Shown piece by piece: positions 50,945 to 60,325 of a stretch of 64,000 nucleotides of DNA. Under the pieces are notes generated by a model that was not told the DNA's origin, did not search any database, and saw only the letters and a list, made by a program, of their open reading frames with translations. Source of the stretch: a virus. The translations under genes and the position numbers were made by a program. The stretch's first letter is position 1. Every line of letters starts with the position of its first letter. The DNA is taken from the IMG/VR virus record IMGVR_UViG_3300028048_000141, positions 1,476-65,475 of that record; one strand, written 5' to 3'.

Positions 50945-53503
50945 TCATAGTTTTTTAAGCACTTCCGCCAATTCCTCGCGAGGCGTCTCACAATGTTCCT
51001 TGGCGATTTCTGAGAATGCTGTCTCAGCGTCCACACCGGACTTCCTGAGGTCCGCGTATTCCTCTTTGACGACGTCCATGTAGTCGTTGTAATACCATCT
51101 GTCGCAGATGTCGGCGTCGCACTTGAACGGGACGTTGACGAATCCCTCGACGGACCTCTTCATGATGTCGCAGAGCCTTTCGGCGACCTTGTCGGCGTTT
51201 TCCTTCGGGCATTCGCCGATGAGTTCGTCGTGGACGCCGATGAGGATTTTGAATCCCCACTCCCTCAACTTCTCGTCGTTGTAGAGTTTAATCATGGCTA
51301 TCTTTGTCATGGTAGCCGCACTTCCCTGGATACGTGCGTTGAGGCATTGGCGTTCGGCCTGGGAAATCTTACCGGAGTTGTCGACTACCTTGAGTCCGTG
51401 GACCTTCGCCAGGCCGACTATCTCGCTGACTTCCTTCTTGTATCTCGTCTTGTATAGCATCGCGGTGTATTTGTCGATGATGTCCTGGTTCGATACCCTG
51501 TTCCTGCAGTTCAGGAATGGATTGAAGTCGTTCGCGGACACGTTATTTGACGTGACCACGAATTTGGGGAGGTTGATGTCGGGCAACCTTCTCCTCCTTC
51601 CCCAAAGGTCGGTGACGTAACCCAACGCCTTCGCCATGGAATGCGATGCGTCGATTGTGTCCTTGACCCGTGGGAACGATTTGTAGAAGTTGTCGATGAT
51701 TCCCTGTGCGTCGGCGATTGTGCTGTGGATTTGCTCGGCGATGGCCGCAGGTCCGCGTGAATACATGATTCCGAGGAGGATTGACTTGCAGTTTCCCCTC
51801 CTCTTCTTTCCCTCGGGATTGGCTGAGCCGTCCTTATGGTGTTCCATGTTGTCCCAGTAATCGTTATGGTATACGCCGCTCGCGATTGTGGCATACAGGT
51901 CCTTGCCTTCCCTATAGGCGTTAATCATGTTCTCGTCACCTGACAACTGACTCAGAAGACGGGGTTCCTGCTGCGAGAAGTCTGAACCTACCAACGTATA
52001 TCCGTCCCTTGCCTTGAAGAGCATACGGATTTCCTTGTTGTGGGAGGGAATCTGCTGGAGGTTTGGTTCGGACGAACTGAACCTGCCCGTCTTCGCGCCG
52101 TATTGGTTGAACGAACAGTGGATTCTTCCGTCGACCGGATTGATTTTGGTCGGCAACGAATCGATGAAGGCGGTGATTAGTTTGTTGATTTCCCTGTACT
52201 CCGACAGTTTGTTGGTTAGCGGTGTGTTGATTTGGCTTAGGATGTCGTCGCCCGTGCCACGCGGTTTGCTTTCGTCGACCGGAGGGGTCTTCATGATATC
52301 GTAAACCAAGATGGCGATTTGCTGTGGGCTTCCAAGGTTGACGACCTCGTTGAGTTGCTCGCCTTTGGATTTCCCCAGTTTGTACCTTCTTCCGGATTCG
52401 TCCACGAACGGATAGGATTTTTCGATGTTCTTCCTTTCCCTTTCGTATTCCTCCGGCGTCAGTTTCTTTTTGGTTTTCTTTGGCTTGTAGTATATGCGTG
52501 GCTTGAACGTAGCGTCCTCGGTAAGCCTCCAGGCGTCGATGTCGGGTTGAATCTTGGCGATTTCGGCATAGACGTCGTCCTCTTTGTTTTTGAGCAGAGT
52601 ATGGTACTTGTCGCCGAGTCGTTTAGAATACTCGACGTCGAATTCGACCCCGGTGAGTTCCATCTCGGCCACCACGACGATACAGGGCATCTCGACGTTG
52701 AAGAACAACTCCCTGATGTCCGCGTAATCCGGTGAATCCATGATGCCCTTTTGGTATTCCGAATACAGCCTATAGGTCATAAGGGAGTCGGTGGCGGCGT
52801 ACAACGCGAACAACTCCGGGGAGAAGATTTCGTATTTCTCCTTCTCGAAGAGTTTCTCGATGCTGTATTTGACCTGCTCTTTGTCTATGTGGGTAATATA
52901 TTGGGTCTTGAGGTTGGCCTCCTCGTTCTCGTCGATGAGTTTGGCCGCAATCAAGGTGTCCCAATAGCACGGCAATTCGACGTGACAGGTGCATTTGAGT
53001 ACCTGATAGTCGAATTTGTAGTTGTGGAATATGAGTTTGATTCCTGTCAGCAACCTGACGAGTTCCTCGGCGATGTCGCCTTCTGTCAATTGCCAAGGCA
53101 GTCTTTCACCGGTCATGTAATCGATATGGTTGACCGGAACGTAAACTTGCTTCTGACCTGGGGTATATAAACAAAGACCCATCAACTTACATGTCAACGG
53201 GTCAAGGCTGTTATTGGTTTCGGTATCGACCGCCAATACCCCGTTGGCAATGGCAACAGAGATATAGTCATGAAGGTCTTCCTTGGTCTTCACGACGGAT
53301 ACGTTTCCGACCTGACGGCCAAGGATTCTGTAGACCTTCTCTTTGATTACCGATATTCTCTCGCCTATGGATAGTTTCTTTGATGCACCCCGGACAGTGG
53401 CCTTAACCTCTTTGGGCTTGCGGATTTTCCTCAACGCGGCTTTGGTTTGTTCTTCCGTGTCGATGTTGAACTCCGCTCCCCAAAGGCTTTCTATCACGGA
53501 CAT
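50945..53503 (-). CDS. polA: family A DNA polymerase (Pol I-like) with a 3'-5' exonuclease domain
   Basis: 852 aa. Motif A DFSQQEPRLL, motif B RQCLNARIQGSAATMTK, motif C LIGVHDELIGE. AAGGAGG RBS. Confidence 0.85.
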   Translation of the reverse strand: MSVIESLWGAEFNIDTEEQTKAALRKIRKPKEVKATVRGASKKLSIGERISVIKEKVYRILGRQVGNVSVVKTKEDLHDYISVAIANGVLAVDTETNNSLDPLTCKLMGLCLYTPGQKQVYVPVNHIDYMTGERLPWQLTEGDIAEELVRLLTGIKLIFHNYKFDYQVLKCTCHVELPCYWDTLIAAKLIDENEEANLKTQYITHIDKEQVKYSIEKLFEKEKYEIFSPELFALYAATDSLMTYRLYSEYQKGIMDSPDYADIRELFFNVEMPCIVVVAEMELTGVEFDVEYSKRLGDKYHTLLKNKEDDVYAEIAKIQPDIDAWRLTEDATFKPRIYYKPKKTKKKLTPEEYERERKNIEKSYPFVDESGRRYKLGKSKGEQLNEVVNLGSPQQIAILVYDIMKTPPVDESKPRGTGDDILSQINTPLTNKLSEYREINKLITAFIDSLPTKINPVDGRIHCSFNQYGAKTGRFSSSEPNLQQIPSHNKEIRMLFKARDGYTLVGSDFSQQEPRLLSQLSGDENMINAYREGKDLYATIASGVYHNDYWDNMEHHKDGSANPEGKKRRGNCKSILLGIMYSRGPAAIAEQIHSTIADAQGIIDNFYKSFPRVKDTIDASHSMAKALGYVTDLWGRRRRLPDINLPKFVVTSNNVSANDFNPFLNCRNRVSNQDIIDKYTAMLYKTRYKKEVSEIVGLAKVHGLKVVDNSGKISQAERQCLNARIQGSAATMTKIAMIKLYNDEKLREWGFKILIGVHDELIGECPKENADKVAERLCDIMKRSVEGFVNVPFKCDADICDRWYYNDYMDVVKEEYADLRKSGVDAETAFSEIAKEHCETPREELAEVLKKL

Positions 53504-53515
53504 GCACTATCCTCC

Positions 53516-54406
53516 TTAGAATAAAGTATTGTATCTGCGGGGTCTGTCTGCGGAAGCGGGTGCTTCTTCGACGGGGGCCGCGACTGCGGCGTGGACAGTT
53601 GCGGGAGCGGGTTCCGATGCCACGGGTGCGGCGGGGGCGACGGGTGTCGCTTCCGCTGCTTTGGCGGGAGCGGCCTCGGCGGTCGCTGTGCCTTCTTTCT
53701 TGAAGGCGGGGAATTCGCCGGTTTCGAGGTATTTTGACATATCCTCGGCGGTCTTGACGCTATAGGAGTGATGTCCGGCGTCGAACCCTTCGAACGCTGA
53801 GAAGTCCTTCACATAGACTTCGGGGCGATAGACGTTGGGGTTCTTGGCCTTGATGTGGTAGACGGTGTCGCGGCTTCCCTTCGCGCCGGAACGGGTGATT
53901 TGGAACACGACGTCGCGGATGGGGGTGCCTTCGGCATAGAAACCGTCGTCGATGCCGTCCTTATACGCCCTGACGATTTCCTCGGAAATCTTGGCGGGAC
54001 GGTCCCAGCAATGGGGCTCAGCGGATGTCTTTCCGTTGTTGTCAACGGTGTAGACGACCATCTTGACGAACATTTTGTTCTTGACGGCCGAGATGCCTTC
54101 GTCGGTGGATGAGCAGAACGGGCAGACGGAAATGGGTTCCTTGGGTCCCCTTAGGCAGGAGACGTAACGGTTGTAGGTCTTGCCGCTTGCGGAAACCGCC
54201 TTGACGGAGTGGACGGTGACGATTTGGAAATCGTTTGGGGAACCGTAGTCGAAACGGACCAAGATGGAATCCTTGTCGTTGCTTAGGAGTCCCTTGAGAT
54301 ACCCGACCTTACGTTCGGGGAAGTTGCCGCCGAAACCGCCGTTGGCGTCGCGGGCAGCCGCGCTGTTTTTGTTGTTGATGTAGTCTTCAAATGTTTTGAT
54401 AGCCAT
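53516..54406 (-). CDS. gp32-like single-stranded DNA-binding protein
   Basis: His, then Cys-x10-Cys-x2-Cys zinc site (HSVKAV...VSCLRGPKEPISVCPFC). Ala/Pro-rich acidic C-terminal tail. Confidence 0.5.
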   Translation of the reverse strand: MAIKTFEDYINNKNSAAARDANGGFGGNFPERKVGYLKGLLSNDKDSILVRFDYGSPNDFQIVTVHSVKAVSASGKTYNRYVSCLRGPKEPISVCPFCSSTDEGISAVKNKMFVKMVVYTVDNNGKTSAEPHCWDRPAKISEEIVRAYKDGIDDGFYAEGTPIRDVVFQITRSGAKGSRDTVYHIKAKNPNVYRPEVYVKDFSAFEGFDAGHHSYSVKTAEDMSKYLETGEFPAFKKEGTATAEAAPAKAAEATPVAPAAPVASEPAPATVHAAVAAPVEEAPASADRPRRYNTLF

Positions 54407-54463
54407 AAAATTTTCCTTTCATACCCCTATTATACACTGTTTTCATTATAAGTGCAAACATTT

Positions 54464-55081
54464 TTACTTCCCGGTGGACCCCAATCCGCCGATTCTTTCG
54501 CCGGTGGCGTCGTCGTCATCGGTCGTGTCGTACTTGACGAAGATTCCCTGGAGAACCCTGTCGTTCTTCTGGACGTGGAACACGTTGGGGCCGAAGTTGT
54601 GGAACCTAGCCTTAATCACGCCCTCGTTATCCTTATTGTTGTAATAGTCGGAGTCGATGATACCGGCAGTGTTCGTGATTGCGATGTGGTTCGTCCCCTT
54701 GAATCCCAAACTACTTCTTGGGACAATCATCAGGAATTCACCGGGTTTGATTCTGCACTTAATCTCAAGCGAGACCTCGACCGTGTCCCCAGGTTCCACC
54801 CAGAACTCCACCGGCGAGTGTAAGTCGTATCCGGCACTCCTCCCCGTCGACCTATGGGGCAAATCGAAGTCCCGTGGGCCGTCGCTTAGGTATTCGAACC
54901 TATTGTATGATTCGTTTGGCTCCCCGACGATTTCACAATCCGATACGTCGATGTCCGGATGTTTTTCCTGGGGGTATCTCATTACAGTGTCGTGTGCGAT
55001 TAGGTTGCCGTCCAAATCATAGATGTAGCCATCGTCCGGACACCAGTACTGATTTCCCTCCTTAACCAATTTCTTCCCCAT
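54464..55081 (-). CDS. dut: dUTPase
   Basis: dUTPase motifs AGYDL, PRSSLGFKG, AGIIDSDY and RIGGLGSTG. Confidence 0.8.
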   Translation of the reverse strand: MGKKLVKEGNQYWCPDDGYIYDLDGNLIAHDTVMRYPQEKHPDIDVSDCEIVGEPNESYNRFEYLSDGPRDFDLPHRSTGRSAGYDLHSPVEFWVEPGDTVEVSLEIKCRIKPGEFLMIVPRSSLGFKGTNHIAITNTAGIIDSDYYNNKDNEGVIKARFHNFGPNVFHVQKNDRVLQGIFVKYDTTDDDDATGERIGGLGSTGK

Positions 55082-55346
55082 CGAATATAACCTCCTTGGT
55101 TTCCTTTACCAGTTTCTTTCCGCAAAGCGGACAGTATTTGAAGTGAATCTCGGATTCCATTTCGTTGTTCTTGTCCAAAACGTATGGCGACATGAACAAC
55201 TTACCGGTTTTCTCGCAGGCTATTTCCACTTCGCCTACCTTCTTGTCCTCGTTCTCAAGGATGTCGATGACGTTGACCCTGGCATGGCCATCCGCCAAAA
55301 TGAATGCTACTTTCTTCATTTTCTTCCTCCGTATCTCGCCAACCAC
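55062..55346 (-). CDS. hypothetical zinc-ribbon protein
   Basis: 94 aa with CEKTG...CPLCG. Confidence 0.5.
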   Translation of the reverse strand: MVGEIRRKKMKKVAFILADGHARVNVIDILENEDKKVGEVEIACEKTGKLFMSPYVLDKNNEMESEIHFKYCPLCGKKLVKETKEVIFDGEEIG

Positions 55347-56305
55347 TCGTCGCTTCCGATTATCTCAAGGGAGTCGTATTCCTCCTCGGTCAAATCGTTG
55401 ACGTCCTTTCCACGCGGTATCATTATGATATCGACGAACACGTCTTTCCTTATGGCCTTCAGGAACCTTCTGATTCCCTTGTCGCCTGCCTCGTCACCGT
55501 CGAACGCAAGGTAATAGTGCCTTATCGGACTTCGGTTGAGGATGTCATATTGATGCCTTGTCCCGGTTCCGAACAAAGCGATTGACGGCATTCCGTATTT
55601 CCAGAGGGTCAGACAGTTGATTTGCGATTCGACTATCGTCACCTCCGGTATGTCGAACTTCTTTATGAAGTTGAATAGATATAGTGGTTTTTCCTTATCG
55701 GATTCGAGTACGAACCTCTTGCTGTTCACGCTTCTCTTGGTGACCGTGTAGAGGTTTCCGTCCTCATCCCAGACGGGGAATACCACGCACTCCTCGTTGG
55801 GGTCGTATCTTACTTTGAACTTCCCGCACACCTCTTTGGTGAGATGCCTCTTCTCGAGATACGGATGCCAATCGAGCAATCCGTCCAGGAACGATTCGTC
55901 CATAGCCTCGACCTTTTTCTTTTCTGACGGCAGTTCTATGTCCGACATGACAATCGAGGAGGTATCGGTGAGATATCCGAAGTTATCCACCAACCAATCT
56001 TCCCCAAATTCATCGTCCTCGTCGAAACATAATCCGATGAAATGTGCGAGTGAGCCGTTCTCGCCACAGGTGAAGCAGTGCATCGTCCCATATTCCCTAT
56101 CCGGGGAATCTCCGCAATACACACCGCAACTCGGCCTGCTCTCGTGTCCGCCCTTATGCTCGGGGTTAGGGCACGTGACCTTAACCCAGTCGTTGTTCGG
56201 CTCAATCCTTTCAAGTTTGCCGTTTGTCAACTGTGACTTGGCCAACTCAAGTATGTCCTCGATTGGGGCGTCTATCAGATGGTTTCTGATTATCAAATCG
56301 CTCAT
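55316..56305 (-). CDS. DnaG-type DNA primase (zinc-binding domain plus Toprim)
   Basis: CPNPEHKGGHESRPSCGVY zinc site. Toprim region EVTIVESQINCLT...AFDGDEAGDKG. Confidence 0.75.
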   Translation of the reverse strand: MSDLIIRNHLIDAPIEDILELAKSQLTNGKLERIEPNNDWVKVTCPNPEHKGGHESRPSCGVYCGDSPDREYGTMHCFTCGENGSLAHFIGLCFDEDDEFGEDWLVDNFGYLTDTSSIVMSDIELPSEKKKVEAMDESFLDGLLDWHPYLEKRHLTKEVCGKFKVRYDPNEECVVFPVWDEDGNLYTVTKRSVNSKRFVLESDKEKPLYLFNFIKKFDIPEVTIVESQINCLTLWKYGMPSIALFGTGTRHQYDILNRSPIRHYYLAFDGDEAGDKGIRRFLKAIRKDVFVDIIMIPRGKDVNDLTEEEYDSLEIIGSDEWLARYGGRK

Positions 56306-57621
56306 CAGAAGATTCCCTCGCCGCCGTCGGGACTGTTGTATCTGCTCTCGAACTCGGCCTGTTCCCTGTCGGAAACGGGATTGAACACGGCACCGCCGTC
56401 GTCCTTGGTCTCTTCCGGGACATAGGTGAAATAGCCCTTGTTCAAGTCGATTACGTAAGTCAGTTTCTGGCCGTTTGCGCTGTCCCTCGATTTGACGACG
56501 TGCATGGTCATGATTGTGTTGTCCTTCTTGTCCCTGGTGATGCCGATTACGAACGTGGCGAATCTGCCGACGTCGTCGGAACCGGCGATTTGCGTGGTGT
56601 CGATTACGTCCGGGTTATCGTCGTTCTTCGTCCTGTTCTGTTGCGATACGGAGATGATGGGGATGTGCGCAAGGACCTGGAGTTTCTTCAAGTCCTGCGA
56701 GATGTTGGCCATCCTCTCGGGAAGGCTTCTGCCGTTCCTCTGGTCGTCCAACAACGACAGTTGGTCTATGAACAGGATGTCGAGTTTCTTCTTCTCGATG
56801 AACACTCGTAAGGCGTTCACGTCGGCCATCCCGTTAATCATCTGAGGTGTGAGAACCTCCAATGTCCCGGTGTATTTCCCAGGCAATTCGTCCATATATT
56901 TCTTGTATTCGGTCTGAATCATGTCGTTGCCGTGGTTCAACGCTCCGTTGTTGATGTGGCCCAATAGGGTATCGATTCTGTAACCGACCTTCCTTTCGGA
57001 CATCTCGCCGGAATACAGTCCGACCCTCAATCCCTGGGCTGCCGCAGCAGACGCCATCTTGGCCAAAATCCAGGACTTACCGATGTTGGTTCTGGCGACT
57101 ATGACGCCGAGGTCCTCTTCCCTGTCGATTCCGCCGATGACGTCGTCCAATTCCTTGAACCCTGTGGAAAGGTAGTATTTGGAATAATCCTGCGTTCTCT
57201 CGACGTATGCGTCGTATCTGCTGGTATCCTTGAGGATATCCACGCTCTTCAGGCTGACGCCCACCTTATTGATTTTCTCGATTGACTTCTCGTATTCCCT
57301 GGTGGCCTCGTCGACCTTACCGGAAATGAGCAACTTCTTTACGGAGTTGAACGTGGCGGCCATTTCCCTGGCCTTGTAATCGTCCAGGAGTGCTTGGATT
57401 AGATAGTCCTCGCTCTCATTTACTACGATGATTTCGAACTGCGGGAACACGCTGAGGAATGTTTCCTTGTCGGGAACGATTCCGTATGTGTCCCTGTGGT
57501 TTACAATGAACTTGAACTCTTCCCTATAATCGCTGAAATAATCTGCGGTGAGGTTGTTCAAATCAATCAAAGACGTGTCTTTTGTGTTAAGTATGTAATT
57601 CAAGACCTGTAATTGAATCAT
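56305..57621 (-). CDS. dnaB: DnaB-family replicative helicase
   Basis: RecA-like core with Walker A ARTNIGKSWILAKMA, preceded by an N-terminal helical domain. Confidence 0.8.
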   Translation of the reverse strand: MIQLQVLNYILNTKDTSLIDLNNLTADYFSDYREEFKFIVNHRDTYGIVPDKETFLSVFPQFEIIVVNESEDYLIQALLDDYKAREMAATFNSVKKLLISGKVDEATREYEKSIEKINKVGVSLKSVDILKDTSRYDAYVERTQDYSKYYLSTGFKELDDVIGGIDREEDLGVIVARTNIGKSWILAKMASAAAAQGLRVGLYSGEMSERKVGYRIDTLLGHINNGALNHGNDMIQTEYKKYMDELPGKYTGTLEVLTPQMINGMADVNALRVFIEKKKLDILFIDQLSLLDDQRNGRSLPERMANISQDLKKLQVLAHIPIISVSQQNRTKNDDNPDVIDTTQIAGSDDVGRFATFVIGITRDKKDNTIMTMHVVKSRDSANGQKLTYVIDLNKGYFTYVPEETKDDGGAVFNPVSDREQAEFESRYNSPDGGEGIF

Positions 57622-57652
57622 TATAATCCTCCTCCCATATTATACACGATTT

Positions 57653-58339
57653 TCATTGGTTCTTTAATTTTCTTTTGTCAAGTCCCTTGAACTGTATTGC
57701 GTCGGACGCATTGAAGATTCTGCTGTATAATCTGTCACCGACCGCGTCCTTTAACTCTTCCTTCCCCAAATTGGAAGTGAATATGTTGGACTTTCCGTGG
57801 AATATCCTGCCATCGATGAACGACAACAGGTTCTCGGCCTCGAACGACGTGATTGCCTTTGTGGCGATGTCGTCCCAGACCACGATGTCAGCCGATAGGA
57901 TGTTCTTCTTGATGTGTTCGACGTACTCGCTCTTGTTTGAGATGTTTTCCTTGAGTGCTATCAGGAACTGGGGAACGTTGATGAACAACGCCCTGCAGGT
58001 CAACTCGGACTTATACCAAATCTTATTTAGATATGATTGGATAAGGACAATCGCCCATGACGTCTTCCCGCATCCGCATTGGCTTGAATACAGATATAGG
58101 TTCTTTCCGGAGCCGACGAATTCGAGTATGTTGTTCGATACGGAACTGAGATAGTCATAAACGTCCTTATCCGGGTCGTTGGTATAGAGATAGAACTCCG
58201 GCCTCTTTCTCATTTCGTGCGGGATTAGGGCCTCATCGAACAGGTAGTCCAACTTGAAGTGCTTAAGGCAGAACGTATCGCAGTCGGCATGGCTGCACGA
58301 ATCCTTCATCCAGCAGTTATCATTGTCTATCGTTAACAT
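57653..58339 (-). CDS. DnaC/IstB-like AAA+ helicase loader
   Basis: Walker A SQCGCGKTSWAI. Walker B VVWDDI. Confidence 0.65.
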   Translation of the reverse strand: MLTIDNDNCWMKDSCSHADCDTFCLKHFKLDYLFDEALIPHEMRKRPEFYLYTNDPDKDVYDYLSSVSNNILEFVGSGKNLYLYSSQCGCGKTSWAIVLIQSYLNKIWYKSELTCRALFINVPQFLIALKENISNKSEYVEHIKKNILSADIVVWDDIATKAITSFEAENLLSFIDGRIFHGKSNIFTSNLGKEELKDAVGDRLYSRIFNASDAIQFKGLDKRKLKNQ

Positions 58340-58514
58340 CGATTGGCCCCCTTTCCTCGTTCTTTCTTAAAGTGAAAAAGGAGACGTCATCATATTCAGG
58401 ATTGGCCAAGCACTCGTTCAAGAACCTGACGGCATCCCCCTTGTTGTCGAAATTCCTAACCACCTTAGAATAAGGCATGTTGATTCCGACGGTTAACGTT
58501 ACTGTGTATGACAT
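58320..58514 (-). CDS. hypothetical small protein
   Basis: 64-aa ORF. Confidence 0.4.
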   Translation of the reverse strand: MSYTVTLTVGINMPYSKVVRNFDNKGDAVRFLNECLANPEYDDVSFFTLRKNEERGPIDVNDRQ

Positions 58515-58529
58515 GATGACATCCTCCCG

Positions 58530-59273
58530 TTATTTTCGTTTGCTTCGTTTGTATTCCTCGATTTGCTCGTCGGACAACTCGCTTTGGGCCGTGTTCCTGA
58601 CGGATTTAGTCGAAGAAGACCTGGGCATTAAGCACTCGTATGCCCAGTTGCAATTAGTATACGACATCGTGATTGCGATGTCAATGACTTTCAACATCGT
58701 GTCGACGTCTCCGTTTGTGAGTTTTACCAACTTCTTCTGGAAATCCGTCACGATTACCTTGGTCAAGGCCTTATTGGTATCACACAGTGAATCAATCCAG
58801 GAACCGAGCATCTCCCGAACCTTCTCGTCCAATTCGGGCATGATGTAGTGCTTGAGCCTTTCGGCCACTTTTTCCCTCCTTGCCTTGGTCATGTCCTTGA
58901 TTCCGCAGGTGTTCCTGATGTCATCAATCAACACGCTATCCGCCGGAATCATCATGAGGTTGAACACCTTATTGAAGTCTACCTTTATGACGTCGCCGGT
59001 TTCCCTTTCGAGAATCTTGAGTGTGATTAGGTTATCCTCAATCTTCCTTTGTTCGGCGACGTCGAGGGTTGTCCTTCCCTTTATGTATTTTCTGTCGACG
59101 TAGAAGAATCCGTTGTCGACGCAGTTCTTTACGACCGCTTTCCTATATATCCTAAGCAACTCGGAGATATACACCGCCCCGATAAGGCCAAACCCCGCGT
59201 TATTCGCGAGGTTGATATTGTATGATACGTAGTTGTCCGGGTTGAACGCCGCGGTTACGTCTATATCGAGCAT
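58530..59273 (-). CDS. hypothetical protein; replication-initiation role possible from position alone
   Basis: 247 aa, directly upstream of the helicase-loader gene. Confidence 0.45.
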   Translation of the reverse strand: MLDIDVTAAFNPDNYVSYNINLANNAGFGLIGAVYISELLRIYRKAVVKNCVDNGFFYVDRKYIKGRTTLDVAEQRKIEDNLITLKILERETGDVIKVDFNKVFNLMMIPADSVLIDDIRNTCGIKDMTKARREKVAERLKHYIMPELDEKVREMLGSWIDSLCDTNKALTKVIVTDFQKKLVKLTNGDVDTMLKVIDIAITMSYTNCNWAYECLMPRSSSTKSVRNTAQSELSDEQIEEYKRSKRK

Positions 59274-60157
59274 CCTGTCAATTCCTTTCTCAAGAATCTC
59301 TTGACCCTATCGAGTTTCTTATGCATCTTGGAACTGTAATATCCATGCATTTCCTTGGTGAATTCGAGAACTTTATTGGAATCCAACCCGAACTGTTCCG
59401 CGAACTCGATGGCGTCTTCGTCTGGAATATAGTGGAGATACTCGATAAGGGTTCTGTCGCTGTAGTTCCCACTCTCGTCGGAAACCATGATACCTTCGCC
59501 CCTGGCGATTGCCCAGGTCGTTATCGCCCCGAAGAGGTTGTCCTGCCCAAGCAACTTGACCACAAAACCGTCTACCGAGTCTGATTTCGAGAAATAGGTG
59601 TCCTCCACATACAGCGTGTCGCCCAACGTGACTACGTCACCTGACTTCTCATATTGCTGAACTATGTCGTCAAGGCTGATGGTATTGTAGTCGAACCTCC
59701 TCTTGATATAGTTGCTTCGCTGGTATTGTGTGCACCTGACGGAGTAGATGCACCTGTTGATGCATTTCTCAGGGCCTCTGCGGTCGTTGTAGAACTTGAA
59801 GTCCTTGTCCAACCATTTCCTCGCTTTCCTGTCGGTCGCCTTTTGGATACCCATGAAAATCCAGTCAATCATGTCCGACATTTCATAGCCGCTGCCTGCA
59901 CTCTGCTTGTAGAAAAGCGGAACGAGGTGCCAGTATCTAACCAATAAGGCACTGATGTATTTGTCCTTTGCCTCTTCGTCGTTGGCATCCCTCGCCTCGC
60001 AGTATTTGTTTGCGAGCACGTCGATGTCATACGGGACGTCTTCCTTCTGTCCGACTATAAAACCGGGAATGCATGACGCCCTATCCGTGAATTGCTTGTA
60101 TACCTTGTATAGACTCATTTGCTTTCCTCCTCCATAATCCCCATCAGTATAACACAT
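59261..60157 (-). CDS. hypothetical protein; weak resemblance to a divergent sigma factor
   Basis: ISALLVRYWHLVPLFYKQ is like sigma region 2. C-terminal IPDEDAIEFAEQFGLDSNKVLEFTKE looks like an HTH. Speculative. Confidence 0.3.
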   Translation of the reverse strand: MCYTDGDYGGGKQMSLYKVYKQFTDRASCIPGFIVGQKEDVPYDIDVLANKYCEARDANDEEAKDKYISALLVRYWHLVPLFYKQSAGSGYEMSDMIDWIFMGIQKATDRKARKWLDKDFKFYNDRRGPEKCINRCIYSVRCTQYQRSNYIKRRFDYNTISLDDIVQQYEKSGDVVTLGDTLYVEDTYFSKSDSVDGFVVKLLGQDNLFGAITTWAIARGEGIMVSDESGNYSDRTLIEYLHYIPDEDAIEFAEQFGLDSNKVLEFTKEMHGYYSSKMHKKLDRVKRFLRKELTGCSI

Positions 60158-60325
60158 ACGTCCACTCCGGTCAAACGTTTTTACCAGGGAGGTCTGAATG
60201 TTACCCTGTCTATCTTGACGATTTCCTCATAAGCGAGAATAACTCCCCGACGGATATTTCCTTTCCGAGGGGGAGTCTGTTCGCTACATGGAGGCTTTGA
60301 TGCAGGGTCAAAACCTCTTTCATGC

